NCBI GenBank assembly: GCA_964605735.1
Contig: CAZSDS010000001.1
Location: 639,157 to 703,156, forward strand
Direction of reading: 5' to 3'
DNA length: 64,000 bases
Source of the DNA: an uncultured Candidatus Saccharibacteria bacterium
Lineage (GTDB): Bacteria > Patescibacteriota > Doudnabacteria > UBA920 > O2-02-FULL-48-8
Every line of letters begins with the position of its first letter. Positions within the stretch are counted from its first letter, which is position 1. Both the position numbers and the translations under genes were made by a program. Positions 28,901 to 37,615 of the stretch are shown in pieces. The notes under the pieces are model-generated. The model saw only the letters and a program-made list of their open reading frames with translations. It was not told the DNA's origin and searched no databases.

Positions 28901-29420
28901 GGATGATCTTAGCACCATACCAATTTCTTCCGCGTGCGACTTCTCCACTGAAGAAGACGCCCGGGGATTTAACCAGCTGAGAAACAACAACTCTTTCCAC
29001 ACCATTGATGACAAAAGTGCCTCGCGGAGTCATTACTGGAAAATCACCCAAGTATACGTCTTGAGTTTTTGTTTTGCCGGTTACTTTGTTGACGAGTTTT
29101 ACGGAAACATAAAGAGGAGCTTCGTAAGTCGTGTTCCTCTCTTTTGCCGTCTTTTCGTCATATTTTGGTTTGTCTAAGAAATACTCTCCAAAAAACAGTT
29201 CCAGGTTCTTGCCGGTGAAATCCTTGATTGGGGTGATTTCGCCGAAAAGTTCCTTCAATCCTTTTTCCATGAACCACTTATAGGATACGAGCTGTACTTC
29301 AATGAGGTTTGGCATGCTCATCACCTCTTGGAAAGGTGTGAAGTACTTTCGAGTCCCGCGGTGGAAGCTTGGATCAGGAAGATTTTGGCTTATATAAGCC
29401 ATTTTCCTTTTTATAGGCAT
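25923..29420 (-). CDS. rpoB: DNA-directed RNA polymerase beta subunit
   Basis: 1165 aa; conserved rif-cluster and catalytic regions. Confidence 0.95.
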   Translation of the reverse strand: MPIKRKMAYISQNLPDPSFHRGTRKYFTPFQEVMSMPNLIEVQLVSYKWFMEKGLKELFGEITPIKDFTGKNLELFFGEYFLDKPKYDEKTAKERNTTYEAPLYVSVKLVNKVTGKTKTQDVYLGDFPVMTPRGTFVINGVERVVVSQLVKSPGVFFSGEVARGRNWYGAKIIPNRGAWLEIETDLNGVLSVKIDRKRRIPVTALLRVFGFASDEEILASFADVDTNPDMRFIQNTLDKDPSKNADEGFKEVYKRIRPGDLATVDNARSLIEAMFFQADRYDLSEVGRYKLNQRLNVEDREDHVLTKQDMVDIIKEVIRLNNTQEPWDDIDHLSNRRVRAVGELIQGKFRIGLARMSRIAKDRMSLADIETVTPAQLIHVRPIVAVIQEFFSSSQLSQFMDQTNPLAELEHKRRLSATGPGGLSRERAGFEVRDVHHSHYGRLCPITTPEGPNIGLVAHLASFARINEYGFIETPYRKIIKQMPNDGKSAAGYFAKHDLNDESGSVVVKAGDQISADAAKKLSANSALTQIEIKPFVTNEIVYLDAYEEEQFNIGQANAPFDEKGYFTAERVSVRVRGEPSIGSTGDLDYLEVSPKQIISITTSLIPFVEHDDANRALMGSNMQRQAVSCIKTDSPIVGTGVEGKAAYDSGQVAISEYDGTVTSVTGDKIVVTDKAGKKHEYELQKFVRSNTSTSINQHPIVVKGQEVKAGQPIADGASVEKAELALGQNMLVAFMSWGGGNYEDAILISSRVVEEDRYSSIHIEDFKIDVRDTKLGPEIITRDIPNVGEEKLKDLDENGVVRIGAQVKAGDILVGKITPKGETDLTAEEKLLRVIFGEKSRDVKDTSLTLPHGEYGKVVHIREFSREQGDKLPSGVIKSIQVSVAVLRKIQVGDKMAGRHGNKGVISQIIPVEDMPFMEDGTPVDIILNPLGVASRMNIGQILETHLGLAAKKLGYKLATPPLDGVPEETIKEELTKAGYPVDGKVYMFDGKTGDRFAEKVTVGIIYMLKLHHLVDDKMHARSTGPYSLITQQPLGGKAQFGGQRFGEMEVWALEGYGAAHTLQEMLTIKSDDVVGRAKTYESIVKGEPIKKPNVPESFRVLVKELQSLCLNVELIGEKKVEEDDTEGQVQELATTDEKLDMMADIPEPVTADGDKSKKKKAKK

Positions 29421-29497
29421 AAAATAATCCCTCTTTCTGCCATATGCAAAAAGAGCCGCTGAGGCTTACTTATTTATGTAGTTATTTATCACACTTG

Positions 29498-29525
29498 AAT
29501 TTTACCCTACTAGATATATTTGTCA
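29498..29525 (-). promoter_or_regulatory. Candidate rpoB promoter
   Basis: On the minus strand: TTGACA, a 16-nt spacer, then TAAAAT, giving a leader of about 70 nt with AGAGGGA before the ATG. Confidence 0.4.
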
Positions 29526-29544
29526 AATAGTTCGCGTTGAGGAT

Positions 29545-29584
29545 GAGCGCTCCTGGTTCTCCCTCTCCAGGACCGCATAAATTC
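29545..29584 (-). repeat. Copy B of the conserved ~40-nt element, just after the MFS stop and upstream of the rpoB promoter
   Basis: See copy A. Contains a tcctgg...ccagga inverted repeat. Confidence 0.4.
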
Positions 29585-29592
29585 CTCATAAG

Positions 29593-30831
29593 CTATTTGG
29601 CTATTGCGGCCTTCTGCGGAGTTTTTGTGCTCAGGAATAAGGCTAAAACCACTAAAAGCACCCCTAAAACCGCTAAAATCGCAGGAATTGTGTATCTGTC
29701 CGCCAAAGCACCGACAATTACCGTAGGAAGAGTGGCGCCAAGCTGTAAAAGCAGGAAAAGACTGGCATAAACCCGTCCCCGGTGCTGTTCGTCCACGTTT
29801 TCCTGCAGTAAAGAATGGCTGGGTGCAAAGATATAAGTGTTAAAAAGCCCTAAAATAAAGGCCAAAACCGCATAATTCCAATAATTTCCAGGGGTAACCA
29901 AAAGAGCAATCAGGAATGTGATGACTCCGCACCCCATAAAACCTATCTTAACCATGCGGCGCTTGCTCAAAAACTCGCCCTCCCAACCCAAAAGCAAGGA
30001 TCCAAGCAAAATTCCCACTGCCAAAGGCAAAATCATGGCCAAAGTCCCCTGCTCCAGCTCAAACCCCAACACTTGAGAAACAAAGGCCGGAGCCATCGTA
30101 ATAATCATCCCATTGAATACCTGCACTGCCACTAAAGCCACAAAAGAAAAGTGCACCCGGTGATTTTCAACCAAAATCCTCAAACCGTCCTTGAATTCGC
30201 CCCAAACATTCTTGAAATAATGAGCTTTGTGCGGATGATCATCATGCGGTTTAAGGCTTGGAAGCATAAGTGCGGCAATTCCGGCAAGGATCATCAGGAC
30301 AAAAGCTGCCCAAAACGGTCCCTGCTGGCCAAAAGCCAGGCTCAAAGGCGCGGCCAGTGCAAACCCAAGAATCATTGAAAGGTTGGCAGTGAAAGAAAAA
30401 AAGCTGTTGGCAACGAGAAGATGCTCCTTAGGCACCAGATTAGGAATGGATGGCGCTTCAGCAGGCAGGTAAAACTGGTTAAATGAAGAGTACAGGAAAG
30501 TAATGACAGCCAGAGCCACAAAATTTTTCTCAAAAGGAATATATCCAAGAATTACAAAAGCTTGGGCAAAGGTAATCAGAATTAAAAGGTTCCGGCGGTC
30601 AAAGCGGTCTGCATAAACGCCGGCAAGACTGCCAAAGAAAACTGTTGCCAAACCAAACGCAACTAAAATAATGGAAACCGCCAGTGATGATTCAGTTAGT
30701 TTAAACGCCTGCAATAAAACCGCAAAGCTCAATATATATCTGACAAGCTGGGTGCAAACTTGCGTGAACCACAGTTTGGCAAAATCATAATTTTTCAATA
30801 CCGCAATATACGGGCGCAGATGTCCTGTCAT
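29593..30831 (-). CDS. MFS-family transporter
   Basis: 412 aa with about 12 TM segments arranged as an MFS 6+6 fold. Confidence 0.65.
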   Translation of the reverse strand: MTGHLRPYIAVLKNYDFAKLWFTQVCTQLVRYILSFAVLLQAFKLTESSLAVSIILVAFGLATVFFGSLAGVYADRFDRRNLLILITFAQAFVILGYIPFEKNFVALAVITFLYSSFNQFYLPAEAPSIPNLVPKEHLLVANSFFSFTANLSMILGFALAAPLSLAFGQQGPFWAAFVLMILAGIAALMLPSLKPHDDHPHKAHYFKNVWGEFKDGLRILVENHRVHFSFVALVAVQVFNGMIITMAPAFVSQVLGFELEQGTLAMILPLAVGILLGSLLLGWEGEFLSKRRMVKIGFMGCGVITFLIALLVTPGNYWNYAVLAFILGLFNTYIFAPSHSLLQENVDEQHRGRVYASLFLLLQLGATLPTVIVGALADRYTIPAILAVLGVLLVVLALFLSTKTPQKAAIAK

Positions 30832-31223
30832 TATTTTTTCTTTGGAATGGTTATGTTAGGCTGGCGGTCATAAAAAACTTCAACTGATTTTTTTCCTTTG
30901 TCCCTGGCCACGGCGCTGAAGTTGATGCCAGTCCCCAACTTCTTTACGCCGACCACCGGAATGCCAAGCGCATACGCTAAAGTGTTCGCAGTTACCACTC
31001 CGGTACGGACGCGGCTGAATGAACCAGGGCCAGTGACCACCCCCAGCTTGTTTAATTTCTTCAAAGTCAGTTTATTTCTTTTCAGAAATTTTTCAATTTC
31101 AACATGCAGGTTTTCAGACTGCGAGCGCCTGCTGTTCCACCCATATGTTTTCACCAAACCTTTGTTGTCCAGCAAATAAAAAAAGGTTTGTTCCGGACCT
31201 GAGGTGTCAATAAAAAGCATCAT
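30831..31223 (-). CDS. tsaB: TsaB-like (YeaZ) protein, N-terminal ASKHA half only
   Basis: MMLFIDTSGPEQ...LGVVTGPGSFSRVRTGVVTANTLAYALGIPVVGV matches the TsaB N-terminal domain. 130 aa against about 230 typical. Confidence 0.55.
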   Translation of the reverse strand: MMLFIDTSGPEQTFFYLLDNKGLVKTYGWNSRRSQSENLHVEIEKFLKRNKLTLKKLNKLGVVTGPGSFSRVRTGVVTANTLAYALGIPVVGVKKLGTGINFSAVARDKGKKSVEVFYDRQPNITIPKKK

Positions 31224-31253
31224 AAAAATGTTTCAACTATACTTGAGTAAAAA

Positions 31254-32171
31254 CTAACGAAGCAGTCTTCTTAACTTTCGACCACCGGTGTAAACATTAT
31301 ACCAAAGCGGCGACAAGACCACGTCAAAAGTGCCCGGATAACGCACTTCAAACCCGCCGAACCCGCGCTTGAACCTTGAGATACCAGCCCATTCGTGGTT
31401 TGGATCAGAGGAATAACCGCCCATGTCGTAATTGTAATACCCTAACTGTTTTACTGACTTCATGGCTTCCCAGTGCAGTAAAAACGGGGCCATAACCTGC
31501 TTGTTTCTGTCAGAAGACCCGCCGTGCAGGTAAGTTGCGGTATGGCCATATAAGGAAACCAAGGCACAAGCCAATGGTTCGCCATTCAGCTCAGCAATAA
31601 ATACTTTTAAGTGGTTCGGTGCAAGCGTTTCCCACATCTGCAAGTAATAATTTTGCGAGTGCAAGCGGATTTTGGCGCGCGCTGCTGTCTCCATCAACAG
31701 TTTCCAGACAGAGAGAAAATCGTTTTTTGTTGCTTCGCGGACTGTCACCCCTTTTTTTGCGGCCAAATTCAGATTGTACCTGTGTTTTGGTTTCATTGTG
31801 ACGAGCAGTTCCTGCTCGCTCCCCTCCAAGCCAACCACCCAATTCTCTTTTGGCTGGGTTGCTTTTGGTGCGGCCGGCCAATTAACTGGCTCTGAGGGCT
31901 CCAAACGCAAAAAAACAATCGAGTGATCGCTGACAGCCTGGCTTTTAATGAATCCAGCTGCTTCGTGAGCATTGCCAACCGGACCACGCGGACTGTACCA
32001 GTACTTTTTACCCATCATCAATTCGTGTTCAACAACCTGGCTTGCCCAGCCGTCTCCGCTCAACCGCTCCACTCTATGTCCTTGGGTTTTTTGGAACTCG
32101 CCCCAATCCCAGGACTGCAGAATTCCTCCACCAAGTTCGATTATTTTTTTGTCCCACTGCTCTTTTGTCAT
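31254..32171 (-). CDS. FemAB-family peptidyltransferase (peptidoglycan interpeptide-bridge formation type, GNAT-like fold)
   Basis: 305 aa. HGGSSDR...YNYDMGG and overall similarity to FemX/FemAB-family proteins, recalled from memory. Confidence 0.5.
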   Translation of the reverse strand: MTKEQWDKKIIELGGGILQSWDWGEFQKTQGHRVERLSGDGWASQVVEHELMMGKKYWYSPRGPVGNAHEAAGFIKSQAVSDHSIVFLRLEPSEPVNWPAAPKATQPKENWVVGLEGSEQELLVTMKPKHRYNLNLAAKKGVTVREATKNDFLSVWKLLMETAARAKIRLHSQNYYLQMWETLAPNHLKVFIAELNGEPLACALVSLYGHTATYLHGGSSDRNKQVMAPFLLHWEAMKSVKQLGYYNYDMGGYSSDPNHEWAGISRFKRGFGGFEVRYPGTFDVVLSPLWYNVYTGGRKLRRLLR

Positions 32172-32738
32172 TTACTTGGTCAGCGCCTTAAGAGCTAGTT
32201 TTACTTTGTCCTGCAGATTTAAAATGTCTGTTGGGACTGATTTCAATGCCTCGCGCGCTTCCTGCTGAGAATAACCCAGCGCCAAAAGCGCATCCAGAAC
32301 TTCTGAATGATCTTTGGCTACTGGCGAAGCATCTGCCTGGCCTTTCAATTTGTCTTTCAATTCTATGATGACGCGTTCCGCGGTTTTACGCCCGATCCCG
32401 GAAACTTTCGTGAACACAGATGGGTCTTCGCTGACTATGGCTGACTTGATCATATTTAAACTTGCCAGAGACATAATTCCCAGTGCGGATTTTGGACCAA
32501 CCCCGGAAACTGTCAAAAGCAATTCGAAAAACTCCAACTCTTCCAGTTTTTCAAACCCGTACAAGGTAATTTGGTCTTCGCGCACGTAAGTCATTGTCAC
32601 CAAACTAAGCCTTTGGCTCACGCTTAAATTAGCCAGCAAAATTGGCGTAATAAAAACCTTGTAACCAACTCCTTGGGTTTCCAGGATAATGTAATTGATT
32701 GATTTGTGCTGAACTGTGCCCGTAAGCGATCCGATCAT
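32172..32738 (-). CDS. ruvA: Holliday junction DNA helicase RuvA
   Basis: MIGSLTGTV...GVGYKV; HhH motifs (LLTVSGVGPKSAL, VSGIGRKTAERVI); C-terminal domain III. Confidence 0.85.
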   Translation of the reverse strand: MIGSLTGTVQHKSINYIILETQGVGYKVFITPILLANLSVSQRLSLVTMTYVREDQITLYGFEKLEELEFFELLLTVSGVGPKSALGIMSLASLNMIKSAIVSEDPSVFTKVSGIGRKTAERVIIELKDKLKGQADASPVAKDHSEVLDALLALGYSQQEAREALKSVPTDILNLQDKVKLALKALTK

Positions 32739-32766
32739 ATGCTTTATTATAGCCTACCCAAGAACA

Positions 32767-32795
32767 TTGACAAAACTGCCGTTTTATGGTAATAT
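32767..32795 (+). promoter_or_regulatory. Strong sigma70-like promoter with an extended -10
   Basis: TTGACA, a 17-nt spacer, then TGgTAATAT. Confidence 0.55.
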
Positions 32796-32855
32796 TTCAT
32801 GTTCTCTGAAATCCTTCAGGAACACAGCAAGTTACGACATCACGCAAGGAGGCAT

Positions 32856-33741
32856 GATGGTTCGAAAGATCCTGTTTACGGTTTTTGCGCTGGCACTGGT
32901 TTCCATGTTCAGTGCGCCGTTAGCTGCTCAGCAGCAGGCTCCGCCAGCCAAGATCACTTTTGGCGCGGACGCCTTGGCCACGGGCACGACTTCCAAATTC
33001 AAGCTCACGCCAAACCCGGTATCCACCATGGTGGAGGCCAGAAAGGATTACGGCGCCGGGTCAATCCGGTTCACTTTCGAAGTGCGCCTCGACGACCGAC
33101 ACTCAACAGAAGTAGCTGTGCGGCGGGATTCATTGGGGGAACCCAATGCCTGGGCACGGAGCACTTCCGGCGAAAGGATCTCGCTCAACAACGACGAATC
33201 GTTCAGCCTGGTGCGTCAGCAGTTCTCCACCGCGAACACGGTCATAGACCTGGCGCATAGGGTCAAACTCGGCAAAGGCTTTTCCGCCGTTGCCGGCATG
33301 TCCTACGCGCTTTTCACCCAAAAGGAAGAGTACCAGGTACTGACCAGCACCGAGCGCGGGTCTCTCAAGTCCGACTATTCTTTCATTGGACCAGTCGCCG
33401 GCGTTTCATACTCGCGGTCCCTTGGGCGGCGCGTGACGCTGACGGGCGAAACCAGCCTCGGCGCGCTTCGGCAGACCGGCGTCGAGACTTTCCGTTACAT
33501 AGATCCGGTTAGCGGCCCTCACTCGAATTCCTCTGATGGCGCTATCTGGTCAATGCAATACCGGTGGACAGCAGGAGCTGCACTTACGCTCACCAACCAC
33601 CTGGACGTCGTCGGCGCCTACTCGTTCCGAGGGATCTACACTTCAAACGGATATTTCGTTTACAAGTGGAGCGAGGAAGGGCCTGTCCCGAACCATCTCA
33701 ACTCCGGAAGCTTTTCAATCGGCTTCCGGGTACGACCGTAG
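32856..33741 (+). CDS. Hypothetical secreted beta-rich protein
   Basis: AAGGAGG followed by ATG; signal peptide MMVRKILFTVFALALVSMFSAPLAAQQQ. Alternating hydrophobic pattern rich in Ser/Thr/Gly; ends ...SFSIGFRVRP. Confidence 0.5.
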
Positions 33742-33762
33742 CCTTCAACCGGCTGCGGATAG

Positions 33763-33792
33763 GGGCGCCAACTCGCGTTGGCGCCCTTTTTA
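33763..33792 (+). terminator. Strong intrinsic terminator
   Basis: 10-bp GC-rich stem gggcgccaac/gttggcgccc followed by T5. Confidence 0.65.
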
Positions 33793-33808
33793 TATTTTCC
33801 AAAACACC

Positions 33809-33837
33809 TTTGACAACAGTAAAGGCATTCAATATAC
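33809..33837 (+). promoter_or_regulatory. Sigma70-like promoter
   Basis: TTGACA, a 17-nt spacer, then TATACT. Confidence 0.5.
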
Positions 33838-33873
33838 TTAGCTATCGGTTCTTTGTTTTCCGAATGGAGGAGG

Positions 33874-34569
33874 ATGAAAATGCTTTACTATCTCTTGACT
33901 ATGGCTGCAAGCTTGGCAATCACGGTAATGCTGTTCAAGTACTCTCCGCGGTTCATTCGCTCGCTTCGCCTCAAACGGCAAGTTCTTTCCACTGCGCTGA
34001 TCGTGCTGATTGCCGTGATTGTTTCCCCCGCCTACTTCCGGTACGAACCCGGGACAATCTGGGAAAACGGAAAGATCGTCGAGTTCAACGAAAAAGGGTT
34101 CCGGTGGAACATCGACAACAAAGAATTCTTTTTCCCGGAAAACCCACAAGTTTACGTGGCAGGATACGTTTCGGCCCTGACACCCAACCCCAAGATCCAC
34201 CGGGTAAAAATTGAGCTGATTGGCTCAATCTCTGATCCGGAAAAGTTCTACAGTTACCCGGAGCACAGAAAACTTAGAGAGGGGCGGCTGGTACATGCCC
34301 ACAATAACGGCGACAAATACCCTGAGTATTCACCCACTACAGACTTCGAGGCACTAGGAGATTGGTACCTGGAGGACCAGATCGGGAAAATCATCAGCTA
34401 CTACACCATTGAGTTCACAAACCAGAACTCAAATCAGCTGTCAGAATTCCTGAATCCGCTGGAAGAGGAACACCAGCGGCAAGTTGGGCTTCTGACTGAA
34501 TCCTGGATCAATCCCCGGATGGAGTGGATCGGCCTGAAGGTCAAATACAGGAGATTCGTCCTGCAGTAA
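33874..34569 (+). CDS. Hypothetical membrane-anchored protein
   Basis: GGAGGAGG Shine-Dalgarno; N-terminal TM helix LLTMAASLAITVMLF. Confidence 0.45.
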   Translation: MKMLYYLLTMAASLAITVMLFKYSPRFIRSLRLKRQVLSTALIVLIAVIVSPAYFRYEPGTIWENGKIVEFNEKGFRWNIDNKEFFFPENPQVYVAGYVSALTPNPKIHRVKIELIGSISDPEKFYSYPEHRKLREGRLVHAHNNGDKYPEYSPTTDFEALGDWYLEDQIGKIISYYTIEFTNQNSNQLSEFLNPLEEEHQRQVGLLTESWINPRMEWIGLKVKYRRFVLQ

Positions 34570-34591
34570 TCGCCCTCACGGGCAAACCCAA

Positions 34592-34625
34592 CACTAGCAC
34601 TGACATTTGTGCCAGTGTTTTTTAT
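34592..34625 (+). terminator. Intrinsic terminator
   Basis: cactagcac...gtgccagtg stem with one mismatch, followed by T6. Confidence 0.55.
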
Positions 34626-34711
34626 TTACCCGGACCACTATACAAAACTTGCCTGGTTTTGTTACACTAAAAGTTGATTTGAATTAACCGGCGGCTCCTT
34701 AAGGAGCATTT

Positions 34712-36709
34712 ATGTCTTTTAAATTACACTCTGAATTCAAGCCTTCCGGCGACCAACCGCAGGCAATAGAAAAACTGGTCAAAGGCCTGGACAAGGGCCA
34801 TCGCTATCAAACACTGCTTGGCGTCACCGGCTCAGGCAAGACTTTCAGCATGGCCAATATAGTGGAGAAGATAAACAAGCCAACCCTGGTCATCTCCCAC
34901 AACAAAACCCTGGCCGCACAGCTTGCCTCAGAGTTTCAGGATTTTTTCCCGGACAATGCTGTCCATTATTTCGTCTCATATTACGATTACTATCAGCCTG
35001 AAGCCTACATCCCCCGCTCTGATACTTACATTGAAAAAGAAACTCAGATAAATGAAGAGATAGATAAATTACGAAACGCCGCCACGCAAAGCTTGCTTTC
35101 CCGTAAGGATGTTTTGATTGTCGCGTCAGTATCTTGTATTTACGGTTTGGGGAACCCTGGAGACTATCTGGAATTATCCATCCCAGTTAAAGTGGGTAGA
35201 TCTTTAAAACGTGATAAATTTTTACGCCGACTGACAGACCTGCAGTTCATGCGCAATGATGTTAATCTGGAGCGCGGAAACTTCCGCGTTCGCGGGGACA
35301 CTATAGAAATTATTCCGGCATCCGCAGATCGTATTTTTAAGATCAGTTTTTTTGGGGATGAGGTTGAATCGATTTCCGAACATGATCCATTGACCGGACA
35401 AGACTGGGGCAAACACCAGGAGATTACCATCTTCCCTGCCAAACACTTTGTCACGCCTAAAGAAAAACTTCTTGCGGCAATCGACAACATTCGGGCGGAG
35501 TTGTTTGACCAGGTCAAACTTCTAAAGTCACAAGGGAAACTTCTGGAGGCGCAAAGAATTGAGCAGCGAACAAATTTCGATATTGAAATGATGTTGGAAA
35601 CAGGTTACGTGAATGGAATCGAGAACTACTCGCGGCACTTGGATTTCCGCAAGCCAGGAGAGCCACCTTCAACGCTTCTGGACTATTTCCCTGACGACTT
35701 CTTGCTGTTCATTGACGAATCGCACATTACCCTGCCACAAATAAACGGCATGTATAAGGGAGACATGTCCCGCAAACAGACTCTGGTTGATTATGGGTTC
35801 CGTCTGCCTTCAGCCATGGATAACCGCCCGCTGAAATTTGAGGAATTTGAAAAGCGAATTGCCCAGACGATTTTTGTTTCTGCTACGCCTGAGCAGAGGG
35901 AATTGCAGGTTTCAAAACAGGTGGCTGAACAACTGATCAGGCCAACCGGCCTGCTTGACCCGGAAATTGAAATCCGCCCGACAAAAAACCAGGTCGATGA
36001 TTTAATGGAAGAGATCCGCAAACGCGTTGGCAAAAAACAGCGCGTGCTGGTTACAACTTTAACCAAAACAATGGCTGAAGAGCTGGCGCAGTACCTGACT
36101 GAGTACCGCATCAAGGTGCATTATCTGCACTCAGACGTGGACACCTTGGAGCGATTGGAAATTTTGCGCGACTTGCGCCTGGGTGTTTATGACGTAGTTG
36201 TTGGCATCAACCTGCTGCGTGAAGGATTGGACTTGCCTGAAGTGTCTTTGGTTGCAATTTTGGATGCGGACAAAGAAGGGTTTTTGCGCTCCCGCACTTC
36301 CCTGATTCAAACCATGGGCCGGGCGGCAAGACACGTGGAAGGCCACGTCATCATGTACGCTGACCGAGTAACCGGATCCATGAAAACGGCAATTGACGAA
36401 GTTGCACGCCGCCGCAAAATCCAGGAAGAGTACAACAAAAAACATGGCATCACCCCTACAGGAATCAAGAAAGTAATCAAAGAAACCCGTTTAGCCGGAA
36501 AGAAAGCCGGTGAAGAAATAAAGACCGAAGAAGCCGACATCACAAAGATGAGCAAACAGGAACTGGCTTACTTGATAGAAGAATTGCGCGACCAGATGGA
36601 TTTGGCCTCCCGCAACCTGGACTTTGAAAAGGCCGCAGAATTGCGCGACCGCATAGCGGCCATCAGGCAAAAAACGCGCAGAACCCGACATAAAATTCGT
36701 TCTGCCTAA
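34712..36709 (+). CDS. uvrB: Excinuclease ABC subunit B
   Basis: GVTGSGKTF Walker A; DESH box; the UVR domain near the C-terminus ([25 protein letters not shown]). Confidence 0.95.
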   Translation: MSFKLHSEFKPSGDQPQAIEKLVKGLDKGHRYQTLLGVTGSGKTFSMANIVEKINKPTLVISHNKTLAAQLASEFQDFFPDNAVHYFVSYYDYYQPEAYIPRSDTYIEKETQINEEIDKLRNAATQSLLSRKDVLIVASVSCIYGLGNPGDYLELSIPVKVGRSLKRDKFLRRLTDLQFMRNDVNLERGNFRVRGDTIEIIPASADRIFKISFFGDEVESISEHDPLTGQDWGKHQEITIFPAKHFVTPKEKLLAAIDNIRAELFDQVKLLKSQGKLLEAQRIEQRTNFDIEMMLETGYVNGIENYSRHLDFRKPGEPPSTLLDYFPDDFLLFIDESHITLPQINGMYKGDMSRKQTLVDYGFRLPSAMDNRPLKFEEFEKRIAQTIFVSATPEQRELQVSKQVAEQLIRPTGLLDPEIEIRPTKNQVDDLMEEIRKRVGKKQRVLVTTLTKTMAEELAQYLTEYRIKVHYLHSDVDTLERLEILRDLRLGVYDVVVGINLLREGLDLPEVSLVAILDADKEGFLRSRTSLIQTMGRAARHVEGHVIMYADRVTGSMKTAIDEVARRRKIQEEYNKKHGITPTGIKKVIKETRLAGKKAGEEIKTEEADITKMSKQELAYLIEELRDQMDLASRNLDFEKAAELRDRIAAIRQKTRRTRHKIRSA

Positions 36710-36729
36710 GCACTTGATTATTCCAAGCA

Positions 36730-36758
36730 AATCTGCTAGTATCTATTAGTTATTGATT
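36730..36758 (+). promoter_or_regulatory. rpsT promoter
   Basis: TTGATT, a 17-nt spacer, then TAGTAT; leader about 70 nt. Confidence 0.5.
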
Positions 36759-36828
36759 CGGAATCACGTGTCGCTGAAACTGAATCGCTGTGGTCGCACA
36801 TTACACTATTCAATAATTTTATTATCAA

Positions 36829-37098
36829 ATGCCAAATACTAAATCAGCCATCAAGGCTATGCGCCAGAACATCAAGCGCCGAGGCATAAACCTCGAAGTC
36901 CTGTCAAAAGTCAAGAAGGCAGAAAAAGCAGTCCGCAAAAACGTAACTGCCGGCAATCTGGAAGAAGCCAAGAAGGCTTTGCAGAGCGCATATGCCGCCC
37001 TTGATAAAGCAGCCAAGAAACATGTCATCCATGCCAACAATGCTGCCCGCAACAAATCCCGCTTGAGCAAGTTTGTTTCAAAGGCAAGCAAAAAATAA
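36829..37098 (+). CDS. rpsT: 30S ribosomal protein S20
   Basis: MPNTKSAIKAMRQNIKRR...; 89 aa, basic. Confidence 0.85.
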   Translation: MPNTKSAIKAMRQNIKRRGINLEVLSKVKKAEKAVRKNVTAGNLEEAKKALQSAYAALDKAAKKHVIHANNAARNKSRLSKFVSKASKK

Positions 37099-37100
37099 TT

Positions 37101-37124
37101 CCCTCCAGTGAGGGTTTTATTTTT
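37101..37124 (+). terminator. Intrinsic terminator
   Basis: ccctc-cagt-gaggg followed by a T-run. Confidence 0.55.
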
Positions 37125-37155
37125 GTATAATAAATCCAACGAATTAACTTGACTT

Positions 37156-37494
37156 ATGAAAATACCAACATCTGTTCCAGAAAAAGGTTTTTACTATCAC
37201 TACAAACATGATCCAAACGGGTTAGTCAATAATTATGCTTATGAGCTATTAAATGTTGGGTTGCATACTGAGGATGAGTGTCGTCCAGAAGATGCTAACA
37301 TGGCCATATACCGCCCGCTATACCCAGGATGCTCAGCATACGAAAACGGAAAGTTGTATTATCTCCGACCACTGGAGATGTTTACGGAAACAGTCACCAA
37401 AGGCGGCCGGACATTCCAGCGCTTCACAAAAATCACAGACCCTGAAGTTATACAAAAACTGGAAGAGCTCAAAAAGCAGCTTTACCAAGAATAA
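37156..37494 (+). CDS. DUF1653-like protein
   Basis: The pattern YYHYKHD...Y.YELLNVGLHTEDE....IYRPLY....YYLRPLEMFTETV resembles the DUF1653 core. Preceded by an extended -10 TGTATAAT. Confidence 0.45.
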   Translation: MKIPTSVPEKGFYYHYKHDPNGLVNNYAYELLNVGLHTEDECRPEDANMAIYRPLYPGCSAYENGKLYYLRPLEMFTETVTKGGRTFQRFTKITDPEVIQKLEELKKQLYQE

Positions 37495-37519
37495 ACGCCC
37501 CCAAACCGGCGTTTTTTTA
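37495..37519 (+). terminator. Terminator for the plus-strand gene
   Basis: acgcc...ggcgt stem followed by T7. Confidence 0.45.
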
Positions 37520-37520
37520 T

Positions 37521-37561
37521 TAAATGCAAAACCCCCGTACTTCGCGGCCGAAGTAAGGGGG
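37521..37561 (-). terminator. Terminator for the minus-strand Nudix gene
   Basis: 13-bp stem cccccgtacttcg/cgaagtaaggggg with one mismatch, followed by a T-run on the minus strand. Confidence 0.5.
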
Positions 37562-37615
37562 TGCTTTTCTCTCTCCGCATAATAATACGAAGCAAAAACC
37601 AAAAGGTAACAAATC

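Noticed and set aside
29592-31223. One-nucleotide disagreement between my line-based counting and the ORF-track coordinates for the MFS and tsaB genes.
   Set aside because: This is most likely a counting slip on my side in this stretch. I used ORF-track coordinates for all CDS. Intergenic feature coordinates may be off by 1 to 3 nt.
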